Shown here: positions 46,889 through 59,543 of the stretch, in pieces | Layout: the number at the start of each line of letters is the position of its first letter | Numbering within the stretch: position 1 is the stretch's first letter | NCBI GenBank assembly: GCA_964568855.1 | Contig: CAZMSD010000011.1 | Span: 13,512-77,511 of the forward strand | Reading direction: 5' to 3' | DNA from: an uncultured Bacteroidaceae bacterium | GTDB taxonomy: Bacteria > CAIWAD01 | DNA length: 64,000 nucleotides | Notes under the pieces: model-generated | The model's database searches: none | Told to the model about the DNA's origin: nothing | What the model saw: only the letters and a program-made list of their open reading frames with translations | Program-made: the position numbers and the translations under genes

Positions 46889-48102
46889 GGATCGACGAGA
46901 TCCGCGTCTTTGATTTCCGCAACATTCACCAGGCGGAACTGCGGTTCCGCGGTTCGCGTACGGTGATTCTGGGATCCAACGGCCAGGGCAAGACGAATCT
47001 CCTTGAAGCCGTCCACCTGCTTTGCGTCACGCGGAGCTTCCGTTCCCATCGACTGCAGCAGATTCTTCGAGCTGGACAGCGCGAGTTCCGCGTGGAGGGG
47101 CGCTTCTCTTCCGAGCTGCGGGGTCCACGCAGGGGACGGGTCAGCAGCGGCAAAGAAGGCCTGATCTTTGAGCTGGACGGAATGCCGGTGCGGCGAATCG
47201 CCGACTACTTCGGCAGCTTTCCGCTGGCCCTCCTGTCGCCGGAACGCCTGGAGGTGTCGCAGGGAGAACCGGGAAACCGGCGCCGTTTTCTCGACCGCCT
47301 GATCTCCTTCTCCAGCCCGGTCTACCTGGAACTCCTGATGCGCTACCGGCGCGCGCTGAGACAACGAGGTGCCCTGCTCGCCGGCCAGGCCGGAAACGCT
47401 TTGCCGCAGAAAGCGCCGGCGATCGCGAACGAAGACGGCGCGCAGCTTGAGGTCTGGGAAAGGGAGCTGACGGTCTGCGGCCTGGGGATCATGCGCCGGC
47501 GGCGCGGATTCCTCGAGGAGTTCCGACCCGTGTTCAGGAAAATCCACGGGGAGGATTTCGCCACCGACCGTTTCGATCGGAAAATACGCGACGCCTCCGA
47601 AGGAACCGCGGAGTCCGCTGCAGGGGAAGATGATTCAGGAAGTCCGGCGGAAAGCCTGGAAGCGGATATCCGCTATCGCAGCAACCTTTCCGAGGAAGAT
47701 ACCGAGGAAAGCCTGCTTAGACGCTACGGGGAACAGCGCGAGGCGGATCGGCAAAGAGGCTATTGCACCCTGGGTCCGCACCGCGACGACCTGGAGTTTC
47801 TGCTGGAAGGACGACTGCTGCGGCGCTTCGGCAGCCAGGGACAGCACAAGCTGTTCATACTCTGCCTGGTCCTGGCGGAAACCCGGGTGCTCAGGGAGCA
47901 CAGCGGCGAACAGCCCATCCTGCTGTTGGACGATCTCTTCGGCATGCTGGACGATCGGCGCATCGAGCGCATCGGTCGCGCGGTGGATCCGGAAATCCAG
48001 GTGCTGATCTCCACTACCAGCCCCCGCCACCTGGAAGTGCTGGGGGAAGGCGATTTCCAGGTCTTCCACTGCGAAGGCGGCACATACCGGGAGTCGGCAT
48101 GA
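46885..48102 (+). CDS. recF: DNA replication/repair protein RecF
   Basis: GTG start overlapping the dnaN stop; GSNGQGKTNLLEA, RRRFLD, GPHRDDL, SQGQ, LLLDD. Confidence 0.95.
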   Translation: MRIDEIRVFDFRNIHQAELRFRGSRTVILGSNGQGKTNLLEAVHLLCVTRSFRSHRLQQILRAGQREFRVEGRFSSELRGPRRGRVSSGKEGLIFELDGMPVRRIADYFGSFPLALLSPERLEVSQGEPGNRRRFLDRLISFSSPVYLELLMRYRRALRQRGALLAGQAGNALPQKAPAIANEDGAQLEVWERELTVCGLGIMRRRRGFLEEFRPVFRKIHGEDFATDRFDRKIRDASEGTAESAAGEDDSGSPAESLEADIRYRSNLSEEDTEESLLRRYGEQREADRQRGYCTLGPHRDDLEFLLEGRLLRRFGSQGQHKLFILCLVLAETRVLREHSGEQPILLLDDLFGMLDDRRIERIGRAVDPEIQVLISTTSPRHLEVLGEGDFQVFHCEGGTYRESA

Positions 48103-48458
48103 AGGGCGTGGACAAGAGAGGCGATTCGGTTGCCGGGGACGCATCCGGGAAGGTGTCGCCCCGGGCGGAACGCCGGCGGGGCAAGGCGCGGCCCATCGCG
48201 TCGGTGTTGAAGAACCTCTTCGATCCAGCCCTGAGTCGTCGAATCAACGACGCGGAGGCGTTGTTGATCTGGGAAGAGGTGGTGGGGGAACAGATCGCAG
48301 GCGTGAGCCGGGCCGTGGCGCTGGAGAACGGTCGGCTGACGGTGGAGGTGACCCATCCGGTCTGGCGCGTGGAACTGGCTCACCTGAGCGAGGAGATCAT
48401 CGGCAGGCTGAACGAGCGCCTGGGCCGCCGGGCGGTGCGCCGGATCCGCTTCGTGTGA
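48099..48458 (+). CDS. DUF721 / DciA-like protein
   Basis: ATGA overlap with recF; WEEVVGEQIA, LTVEV..PVWRVEL; canonical position between recF and gyrB. Confidence 0.88.
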   Translation: MKGVDKRGDSVAGDASGKVSPRAERRRGKARPIASVLKNLFDPALSRRINDAEALLIWEEVVGEQIAGVSRAVALENGRLTVEVTHPVWRVELAHLSEEIIGRLNERLGRRAVRRIRFV

Positions 48459-48502
48459 GCGGCAGGCCTTCAGCGAGCGGAATCCACTGCGCCCGCACGT
48501 GA

Positions 48503-50959
<2,457 letters not shown>

Positions 50960-50960
50960 T

Positions 50961-53603
50961 ATGATCGGTGAGGGACAGCAGATCGTCAACGTGAACATCG
51001 AAGAGGAGATGAAGAACTCCTACATGGATTACTCCATGTCGGTGATCGTTCAGCGCGCCTTGCCCGATGTTCGCGACGGCCTCAAGCCGGTGCACCGCCG
51101 GATCCTGTTCGGCATGAACGAGCTGGGCTTCGCCTCGGGCAAGCCCTTCAAGAAGTGCGCCCGCATCGTGGGCGAGGTGATGGGCAAGTATCACCCCCAC
51201 GGCGACAACGCCATCTACGATACGCTGGTGCGCATGGTGCAGGATTTCAGCCTGCGCTATCCCATGGTGGACGGCCAGGGCAATTTCGGCTCGGTGGACG
51301 GCGACGGCGCGGCGGCCATGCGCTACACCGAGGCGCGCCTGGACCGGGTGGCCGAGGAAGTGCTCGAGGATATCGACAAGAGCACCGTGGACTTCGTCCC
51401 CAACTACGACGGCTCCCTCAACGAGCCCACCGTGCTGCCCTCCAAGCTGCCCAACCTGCTGATTAACGGCTCGGCGGGCATTGCCGTGGGCATGGCCACC
51501 AACTTCCCGCCGCACAACCTGAGCGAGGCCGTAGACGGCATCAAGGCCCTGCTGGACGATCCGAACCTGGGCGTGGACGATCTCTGCCGCCACGTCAAGG
51601 GCCCTGATTTCCCGACAGGAGCCTTCATCTACGGGGTTCAGGGCATCCGGGACGCCTACCGCACGGGCCGGGGCCGGGTGGTGATCCGCGCCAGGGCCAG
51701 CATCGAGACCGGACGCGCGGGCAAGGACAGCATCGTGGTCACCGAGATTCCCTACCAGGTCAACAAGACGCGCCTGATCGAGAAGATCGTCAGCCTGGTG
51801 CGGGACAAGAAGATCACGGGGATCTCGGACATCCGCGACGAGAGCGACCGCGACGGCATGCGCCTGGTGATCGAGCTCAAGCGCGACGCCGTGGGCAAGG
51901 TGGTGCTCAACCAGCTCTTCAAGCACAGCCAGATGCAGGTGACCTTCGGCGTGATCATGCTGGCGCTGGTCAAGGGCCAGCCCCGCGTGCTCAACCTGAA
52001 GCAGGTGATGGAGCAGTACATCCATCACCGGCTGGAAGTGGTGGTGCGCCGCACGCGCTACGAGCTGGACAAGGCCGAGCGCCGGGCGCACATCCTGGAA
52101 GGCCTCAGGATCGCGCTGGACAACATCGACGAGGTGGTGGCGCTGATCAAGGCCAGCCGCACGCCGGACGAGGCCCGCGCGGGCCTGATGGAGCGATTCG
52201 AGCTGACGGAGATCCAGGCCAGGGCCATCCTGGACATGCGCCTGCAGCGGCTGACCGGGCTGGAGCGGGACAAGCTGGAACAGGAGCTGAAGGGCCTGCG
52301 CGAGCTGATCTTCGAGCTGAAGGGCGTGCTGGCCGACGAAGGCAAGCAGCGGGAGATCATCAAGGAGGAACTGGAGGACCTGCGCGGGCGCTACGGCGAT
52401 TCACGCCGCACGGAGATCATTCCCGACGAGGAAGAATTCACCGTCGAGGACATGATCGCCGAGGAAAACGTGGTGGTCACCATTTCCAACGACGGCTTCA
52501 TCAAGCGCTATCCCGTATCGGGCTTCCGCAAGCAGAACCGCGGCGGGCGCGGGATCACCGGGGCTTCCACCCGTGAAGCGGACCACATCGAGCACCTCTA
52601 CATCGCCTCGACGCACAACTACATGCTCTTCTTCACGGAGGACGGGCACTGCTACTGGCTCAAGGTGCACGAGGTGCCGCAGGCCGGGCGGGCCTCCAAG
52701 GGGCGGGCCATCGTCAACCTGCTCGAGAAACCCAGCGACCGCAAGATCGCGGCGGTGATCAACGTCAAGAACTTCGATCCCGAGTATCACATCATCATGG
52801 CCACCGAGAAGGGCGTGGTCAAGAAGACCAGCCTGGAGGCCTTCAGCAGGCCGCGGCGGGCGGGCCTCAACGCCATCGAGATCCGCGAGGGCGACCGCCT
52901 GATGGACTGCAAACTCACCGACGGCAGCCACGAGATCCTGCTGGGCACCGACGAGGGCAAGGCGATCCGATTCCACGAGCGCGAGGCGCGGCCCATGGGA
53001 CGCGTGGCGGCCGGCGTGAAAGGCATCACGCTGCCCGGGGGGGTGCACGTGGTGGGCCTGGTGGCCACGGCCAAGCCGGAGGCCCAGATCCTGGTGGTTA
53101 CCGAGAGCGGCATGGGCAAGCGCAGCCGCCTGCAGGAATACCGCGTGACACGTCGCGGGGGCAAGGGCATCATGACCGTCAAGGTCACGGAGCGCACCGG
53201 CCGCATGCTGACCATGATGGAAGTCACCGACGAGCACGACCTGATGATCATCACCCAGCGCGGTGTGATGATCCGCCAGCCGGTGGGCCAGATCCGCGTG
53301 ATCGGCAGGGCGACCCAGGGCGTGCGCCTGATCCGCCTGGACGAAGGGGACCGCATCGGCAGCGTGGACAAGGTGATCGCCGATTCCAGCAAGGAGAAGC
53401 TGGGGATGGCCGCGGGCGCAGCCGCGGGCGCAGCCAACGGCGGCCCCAACGGCACTCCCGGCGGTGAAAACGCCGGCGCCGATGAGGGCGGCAACGGCGG
53501 CGGTGAGGGCGCGAGCGAACTTGACGCGCTGACGGGCTCTCCCGGCCAGGAATCGGCCGGCGATCTCGAGGAGCCGCCGGATAACGGCTCAGGAACGGAG
53601 TGA
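50961..53603 (+). CDS. gyrA: DNA gyrase subunit A
   Basis: YHPHGD, AAMRYTE, GyrA-box QNRGGRG, acidic/Gly-rich tail. Confidence 0.99.
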   Translation: MIGEGQQIVNVNIEEEMKNSYMDYSMSVIVQRALPDVRDGLKPVHRRILFGMNELGFASGKPFKKCARIVGEVMGKYHPHGDNAIYDTLVRMVQDFSLRYPMVDGQGNFGSVDGDGAAAMRYTEARLDRVAEEVLEDIDKSTVDFVPNYDGSLNEPTVLPSKLPNLLINGSAGIAVGMATNFPPHNLSEAVDGIKALLDDPNLGVDDLCRHVKGPDFPTGAFIYGVQGIRDAYRTGRGRVVIRARASIETGRAGKDSIVVTEIPYQVNKTRLIEKIVSLVRDKKITGISDIRDESDRDGMRLVIELKRDAVGKVVLNQLFKHSQMQVTFGVIMLALVKGQPRVLNLKQVMEQYIHHRLEVVVRRTRYELDKAERRAHILEGLRIALDNIDEVVALIKASRTPDEARAGLMERFELTEIQARAILDMRLQRLTGLERDKLEQELKGLRELIFELKGVLADEGKQREIIKEELEDLRGRYGDSRRTEIIPDEEEFTVEDMIAEENVVVTISNDGFIKRYPVSGFRKQNRGGRGITGASTREADHIEHLYIASTHNYMLFFTEDGHCYWLKVHEVPQAGRASKGRAIVNLLEKPSDRKIAAVINVKNFDPEYHIIMATEKGVVKKTSLEAFSRPRRAGLNAIEIREGDRLMDCKLTDGSHEILLGTDEGKAIRFHEREARPMGRVAAGVKGITLPGGVHVVGLVATAKPEAQILVVTESGMGKRSRLQEYRVTRRGGKGIMTVKVTERTGRMLTMMEVTDEHDLMIITQRGVMIRQPVGQIRVIGRATQGVRLIRLDEGDRIGSVDKVIADSSKEKLGMAAGAAAGAANGGPNGTPGGENAGADEGGNGGGEGASELDALTGSPGQESAGDLEEPPDNGSGTE

Positions 53604-53766
53604 GGGTTGACGACACCCGGCCTTGGCTTTGAGTCGGGGCGCTGATTATACTCACAGATCATTTTGTATAACAACAACCACAAGAGGGGTAGACAGGTAT
53701 AATAACGGATGCCAGGCCGGAGCGCCGGGGCGGCTGTGCTTCAGGTTGCGGTCAACAGGATTATGT

Positions 53767-53795
53767 TGTCTTGATACCCGGAATTAATTATACTT
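53767..53795 (+). promoter_or_regulatory. candidate sigma70 promoter for the Fic gene
   Basis: TTGTCT-17 nt-TATACT in an AT-rich spacer. Confidence 0.5.
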
Positions 53796-53847
53796 TTCTG
53801 TGGTTATGTATAATAACACGGTCTATTGCAGAAGCCAGGTATAATAA

Positions 53848-55002
53848 GTGAATCCGCTTGATTTTACAGGAATTACGAGAGGACAACTCGTTAAGAGCGC
53901 CCAAGGTTTTTGGGCGTTTGTCCCATTCCCCCTTCCACCAGAACTCGATTTCGAACTGGCTTTGGTGAACTCTCTGTCTGAGGCGGATAGAGCACTAAGT
54001 GAACTTGCGGGCTTAGCGCGAAATCTGCCGAACCCCCACTTACTCATCGGACCTTTTGCACGACGCGAGGCAGTATTGTCCAGTAGAATCGAGGGCACGC
54101 AAGCTTCGCTTTCGGATCTTTTATTCTTTGAAGCGGCCGACTTGCGCGCGCGAGAAGTTCCGGATGTTCGCGAGGTTGCTAACTACGTTCGTGCGCTGGA
54201 ATATGGTCTAGAAAGGTTTAAAGAGCTTCCCTTGAGTCTCCGCCTGATACGGGAGATTCACGAAATCCTGATGCAGGGAGTACGAGGCGAAAGCCAGACA
54301 CCAGGTGAGTTTCGCAAGTCGCAAAACTGGATTGGTCCACCCGGATGTACGCTGATAGACGCCTCCTATGTGCCGCCGCCAGTGGAGCAAATGACAGTGG
54401 CTCTTGATGCATTTGAGAAGTACCTCCATGCTCCGACTCAGATTCCGCCGCTGATCCGAATGGCATTGATCCATTACCAGTTTGAGGCTATCCATCCTTT
54501 CCTTGATGGAAATGGACGCGTGGGACGATTGCTGATTTCACTCCTACTCTGTGCAAATGAACTCCTTCCGCAACCGCTGCTATACTTGAGCGCCTACTTC
54601 GAAAGACACCGCGAATCGTATTACAGGCACTTACTGAATGTCAGTCAAGTCGGCCGCTGGAATCAGTGGATAGTGTTCTTCCTGGAGGCCGTGTCCACAC
54701 AGGCTAAGGACGCCGTTAGCCGTTCGGGCAGGCTGTTGGATCTTTGGAACAACTACCGGAACCGAATGCAGGAAGCGCGATCTTCAGCGTTGCTCTTACA
54801 AGTGATAGACGAGCTCTTCAGGAGTCCTGTTCTTACGAACCAATTGGTATCCGAACGGCTGAGTGTCACACCGCGGTCGACGCAGCTGCACATAGAAAGA
54901 CTCATCGCCGAAGGGATCCTGCACGAAGCCACCGGCAGGAAGAGAAATCGAGTCTACGTCGCGAACGAAGTTCTGTCAGCAATCGAGGATTCCGAACCGT
55001 AG
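53848..55002 (+). CDS. Fic family protein (class II, intramolecular inhibitory motif, C-terminal HTH)
   Basis: HPFLDGNGRVGR catalytic motif; SSRIEG (S/T)xxxE(G/N); more AT-rich codon use than gyrA. Confidence 0.93.
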   Translation: MNPLDFTGITRGQLVKSAQGFWAFVPFPLPPELDFELALVNSLSEADRALSELAGLARNLPNPHLLIGPFARREAVLSSRIEGTQASLSDLLFFEAADLRAREVPDVREVANYVRALEYGLERFKELPLSLRLIREIHEILMQGVRGESQTPGEFRKSQNWIGPPGCTLIDASYVPPPVEQMTVALDAFEKYLHAPTQIPPLIRMALIHYQFEAIHPFLDGNGRVGRLLISLLLCANELLPQPLLYLSAYFERHRESYYRHLLNVSQVGRWNQWIVFFLEAVSTQAKDAVSRSGRLLDLWNNYRNRMQEARSSALLLQVIDELFRSPVLTNQLVSERLSVTPRSTQLHIERLIAEGILHEATGRKRNRVYVANEVLSAIEDSEP

Positions 55003-55026
55003 TATGGATCGCCTACGGTCCGTGTC

Positions 55027-56535
55027 TCACTCCCCCTCCGGTCCCGGTTCGATCTCGAAGCGCAAGATTGCGGGATTCGACTCGAAGAAGGAATACTGCG
55101 AGTAACGCTTCAGCCAGGATCCGATCACCACGTCCGCGCCCGGACCCCAATTGTCGTCATCGTACGCGATTCCCCCGTCGTAGTCGCTCAACATGATGAA
55201 GAGGTACTCGCGGCTCCCGACATCGTTGGAACCCGGGTTCCAGGTCAGATCGGGCGGTTGCTCGTTGTTGTCCTCGGTAAAACAGATGTTAAGACGCCGG
55301 GGATTGTCGGAATCGCTGATGTCATAGGCATGACCTGGAAATAGCCCCGGACCGCTGTATTCATAGCCCAGGTCGCGGCGGTAGACGGCGCAGTCGCTGG
55401 CTAGAGTGGAATCGATGAGGATCTCGACGGAGACGTATTCGTCTTCGCTCAGCGTGGACCCGTAGTAGTTCATACCATAATCCGTACTGTGATAGAAGCA
55501 TTGACCTCCCCAGTCGACGCCCCGCAGCCACCTCGGATCGCCTTCCCATTCCCAGACCAGGCGTGGATAGCCCGCCAGGAAAGCCCCTATCGAAGACCAC
55601 GGCCCCGCATATTCTATTTCGTCGCCGACGCGGACACGCCAGTAGTACCAGCCGTTGCTGGCGTATGAAAAGTCGTTCTGCGCAAGGTCTATCGTCAGCG
55701 TGTCTTCAGCCGTGGACTGGGAAAACCAGGGATCGGAAAAGTCGCCGGTCTTGGATACCGCCACGTCGTATTGCGCGCCGTAGGGTACTGTGGACCAATT
55801 CAGTGTAACCAGGTAGGTGGAGTCGGAAAACTCGGTCAAGTACTCCGGCTCCAGCAGCTCGGGCACCGCGTGACCCAGCCGGCACCGGCGAATCTCGCTC
55901 CAGCTGCCCGGCAAGCCGGCTTCGTTTTTCCCTCGGACCCGCCAGTTGTAGAGATTGTCCGGAAGTATCGGAGTAGTGAAGGTTGTTGAATCCGCCTCGT
56001 CGGTGTAAGACAAAACCAGGAATTCATTGTCTTCGGCCAGCTGCAGCTCGTAGGACGCGGCGCCGGTCACGGACGTCCATTCCAGGGCGATCGTGTGCTG
56101 CTGCGGCATGATCGCACCGTCCTCCGGGGCGACCAGGGAAGGCGCCAACCAGGCGGTGGAATCGACGGTCACCGTGACCGTTGAGGACTGACCCTGGTTG
56201 CCGGCCCTGTCCGTGGCCCGGGCCTGGATCGTGTGCGACGTTTCGGGCGAGTAGAAACTCACATCCCAGTGAGTCTCCCAGGGCTCGCTCAGGTCCCTGT
56301 CCAGGAGCGCTCCGTCCACCAGGACCTCTACCAGCTGGATCGCCGATTCGTCCTCCACCGACACGGTGATTGTGACCGGGCCGTCGAGCACGGCGCCGTT
56401 CGCCGGGGACGTGATCCTCACCTCGGGCGCAGTTTCGTCGACCGTGGGGGAGGTGCTGGTCTTCTCGCAGGCCGTGAACAGGATTCCCTGTATCACCGCC
56501 GCGAGCAGTCCTGGAAACCAAGGTGCGTGTTTCAT
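55027..56535 (-). CDS. lipoprotein with bacterial Ig-like and Fn3-like domains
   Basis: MKHAPW...FTAC lipobox; PEVRITSPANGA...ARATDRAGN Big domain; LEW..V.GA.SYELQ Fn3 repeats. Confidence 0.78.
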   Translation of the reverse strand: MKHAPWFPGLLAAVIQGILFTACEKTSTSPTVDETAPEVRITSPANGAVLDGPVTITVSVEDESAIQLVEVLVDGALLDRDLSEPWETHWDVSFYSPETSHTIQARATDRAGNQGQSSTVTVTVDSTAWLAPSLVAPEDGAIMPQQHTIALEWTSVTGAASYELQLAEDNEFLVLSYTDEADSTTFTTPILPDNLYNWRVRGKNEAGLPGSWSEIRRCRLGHAVPELLEPEYLTEFSDSTYLVTLNWSTVPYGAQYDVAVSKTGDFSDPWFSQSTAEDTLTIDLAQNDFSYASNGWYYWRVRVGDEIEYAGPWSSIGAFLAGYPRLVWEWEGDPRWLRGVDWGGQCFYHSTDYGMNYYGSTLSEDEYVSVEILIDSTLASDCAVYRRDLGYEYSGPGLFPGHAYDISDSDNPRRLNICFTEDNNEQPPDLTWNPGSNDVGSREYLFIMLSDYDGGIAYDDDNWGPGADVVIGSWLKRYSQYSFFESNPAILRFEIEPGPEGE

Positions 56536-56708
56536 GACGGCCTCCCGAGTGGGATACTGGTGCAGCGTACAGGGAGAATATACGGAAGCCGACGGCATGG
56601 TCGGAAAGTGTTCGGTATGCGGAAAACCTTCCGATAAGCGGTGAAGCGGTACGAGTCAGGGAGACAAAGTTGTTAACGGCTGAAATGACTGTTGCGGTGC
56701 GCCGATGG

Positions 56709-57706
56709 CTACACCTTGATCCCCGTCGAATAAGTGCTGATTCTCAATGAGTGTCCATCGATTTCTAGAACCGCGCAACCAACATCCGCGTCGGGCAGAT
56801 TGAGATTGTACATTTCGCTGTACCAGCGCGGCACGGGTTCCCGCCTGCCGCCGGGAATGGATTCCTTCGGCAAGGTTTCAAGCCGCTCCATGAATGTCGT
56901 GACTTCTGGCCGGCGGTCGGTGTCGACTTCCTCCAGCAATCCCCTTACTTCGGCCAGCAGGTTGGAGATCCGGTGCTCAGACGCCTCAGGCTCCATCACG
57001 GAAGAATCATTCCAGGCCATGCAGAAGGGCTGGCCCATGTGCCCGCTCAGGATCAGGTTTGCCCGAGTGTGGATGCCGATCAGGCTGATCAGTGCTTCCT
57101 TCCCTGGACTCACGTGACTGACCAGGATCCTGACCTCATCCTTCCCGCGGCGTTCTGTAACGAGGTCCATCAACTCCATGTACTGGTAGAGAGTGCTCCA
57201 GACCCTTCCACCCCCTCCCGCTACCGGTTGATGAAACAATTTGGATCCCGGCAGTAGATTGCCGCCCAGGCCGAAGACATGCAGGCGGCCGATGTGATAC
57301 TCCGCCTTCTCATGCAGCAGGCGGAGGTTGGGAACCGAAAGACGGCCATCATGCAGCTCCGTGACCACGTGGTGATCCTCGTGGTTGCCCCAGACCGCGT
57401 ACACGGGAACTTCGAAAGTCAAATTTCCGAGATGAACTCCGGAAACTGCCCCAGCAGCCGCTCGCTCGCGATCACCTCGATCACCTCTTCGCGGCTGGTT
57501 TTCAGCAGTCGACGACCCTCTTTCCTGGGCAGGTGCGAATGAAGTACTCGCAGGCCCAGCTCTCGATTGCTGAGACGATCAGGGCTCTCCAGGTCGTAGA
57601 AACCGAAATCGCCAGCGTGGATCACGGCCTCCGCGCCCGTTTCGTTCGCCAGACGGTTGATCTGTTCCAGCTCTCCGTGCGTATCGGAAATACACAGGAC
57701 TCTCAT
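56709..57706 (-). pseudogene. calcineurin-like metallophosphoesterase split by a single frameshift near 57420 (pseudogene or sequence error)
   Basis: 5' ORF has DxH (SDTHG) and GDxG (HAGDFG); 3' ORF has GNHE, SH and SGH motifs; adding one base at TCGGAAATTTGA joins them. Confidence 0.8.
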
Positions 57707-57913
57707 TGTTTCTTCCCTATTTCACGAGCGCCTGCCACTTTAGGCGCTGCGCCGCTTCCGTGGGCCATCGATACTCAAGCATGCAGCTCAGAATTACCGT
57801 TTCGCAACAGCCGTGCCAAACGCCGGTGCTACTGAATGCAACAGGCATGCAGCTTGCTCAAGCGGAATAGTGGCAACCAGCTTTTCATAAACCGTCCAGT
57901 AAGGATTTCCAGC

Positions 57914-59215
57914 ATGGCCGACCATCGATACGTGACCACCACTCACATCGGCGATGTGCCCGTGTCCATCATCGCCTCGCCGGAGCTGTGGATAGAGGGA
58001 ACAGCGGTCGATCAGTTGCACAATGCGGCGCGTATCGAGGGCGTCGTCCGCGTGGTGGGCCTGCCCGATCTTCAGCCGGGTCGAGGGTATCCGGTGGGCT
58101 CGGTAATCCTTGCCTGCGAGCGCCTGATCCCGATCCTGATCGACAAGGACATCGGCTGCGGCATGCTCTTCTGCAGCCTGGGCCGCCTGGCGTTGAATCG
58201 CGGAAAGCTGCGAAAGCGACTGGAAGCGCAGTTCTTCACAAGGCGCAAGGCCTTCCTTGCACCGGACGAACTGCTGGAACTGCTCTCTAGGCCGCGCCGG
58301 GGTCTACCCTGGCTGGGCGAGTTGTTCGAGCAAACCGACGAGTTACTGGAAGACGTGTATCGCGCAGTATATGGGCTGCGAGACGTGGATCCCGAATCCG
58401 CCGGGACCTTGCTGGACGACGAACTCCTGCAGTCGGCGGCCAGGGACTGGGGCAGCCTGGGTTCCGGCAACCACTTCGCGGAATTCCAGCAGGTGGCCGA
58501 GGTGGCGGATTCCGAACTGTCCAATCTCTACCAACTCAAACGCGGTGATACAACTCTCCTGGTCCACACCGGCTCCCGGGGCTTCGGCTATACATTAGCC
58601 TGGCGTTTTCTGGCCAGGGCACCCGAGACGGGGAAGTCGATCCCGCTCGACTCGGAGGCCGCAAGGTGTTACCTGGCAGCGATGCAGCTCGCCCTGAACT
58701 ACGCGGCGCTGAACCGGCTTTTCATCCAGCTGCGGCTGCTCGAGTACTTCAAGTGGAAGGAGCTGCGCATCCTCCTGGACAAGCCCCACAATTTCCTGGA
58801 GATCATCACCAATGACGGAGACGAAGGCCGGCTTGTGTTACATCGCAAGGGCGCGGCACCGGCCCATCCGGCGGTGAACGACGATCCGCTGGTCATTCCC
58901 GGCGCGCTGGGCAGGTCCTCCTGGTTCGCGGTAGCAGGACCGGGCGCGGATCGGTTCCTGAACAGCGTGAATCATGGAGTTGGCCGCAGGTGGAATCGCG
59001 CTCACGCCGCGGCCAAGCTGCATAGGAAAGCGATGGACAAGGGGCGCCGATCACTGACCGGCGGCGTGGAATTCATCTGCCCTGATGGGGATACGCTTTT
59101 CGTCGAAGGCGGGGATGCGTACAAGGACATCGATAGCGTCATGGAAAGCGTCGTCGGTGCCGGTCTTGCGCGGCCGGTGGCCCGCCTGGAACCGCAGATC
59201 ACGATCAAGGAGTGA
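57914..59215 (+). CDS. rtcB: RtcB family RNA 3'-phosphate/5'-OH ligase, RtcB2 (PrfH-coupled-type) clade
   Basis: AAGGA SD then MADHRY; WIEGTAVDQL...GLPDLQPGRGYPVG typical of RtcB2; DIGCG, GSGNH, HTGSRG, HN, HRKGA, NHGVGR all present. Confidence 0.9.
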   Translation: MADHRYVTTTHIGDVPVSIIASPELWIEGTAVDQLHNAARIEGVVRVVGLPDLQPGRGYPVGSVILACERLIPILIDKDIGCGMLFCSLGRLALNRGKLRKRLEAQFFTRRKAFLAPDELLELLSRPRRGLPWLGELFEQTDELLEDVYRAVYGLRDVDPESAGTLLDDELLQSAARDWGSLGSGNHFAEFQQVAEVADSELSNLYQLKRGDTTLLVHTGSRGFGYTLAWRFLARAPETGKSIPLDSEAARCYLAAMQLALNYAALNRLFIQLRLLEYFKWKELRILLDKPHNFLEIITNDGDEGRLVLHRKGAAPAHPAVNDDPLVIPGALGRSSWFAVAGPGADRFLNSVNHGVGRRWNRAHAAAKLHRKAMDKGRRSLTGGVEFICPDGDTLFVEGGDAYKDIDSVMESVVGAGLARPVARLEPQITIKE

Positions 59216-59543
59216 CCCGGAGGAGTCGACCTTTTGTCAAGTCGCTTGAAAGAAAGTCACACAGCACCGAGCGGCTGATGGAGTGCGGACCAGGTAGAGA
59301 CGCGTATGCACCTTCCCTGAGGCCCGCGCGGTTTCCCGCAACCATTCCCAGAGACTCATTCGCGCTGGCACATGAATTGCCTCACAAGATGGGTGAGGGT
59401 CGCCGTCGACAACGAGGCTCGAAGAATGGTAAACTGAGAGCCTGTCCCGGCGTTTCGGCGTCCAGGGACAGATTCCAGCGGCGGCGCCGTTTCCACACCC
59501 CATCAAGTGGGCGTCGCCGATACCAACTCGTGGAACACAGCTC

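Noticed and set aside
57410-57430. Programmed -1 frameshift in the phosphoesterase gene
   Set aside because: G-GAA-ATT does not fit X-XXY-YYZ and no SD precedes the overlapping TTG; a deletion or sequencing error is more parsimonious
59216-59543. prfH gene or TPP riboswitch (CTGAGA at 59434) in the rtcB-clp spacer
   Set aside because: No GGQ-containing frame; the remaining TPP consensus elements are absent
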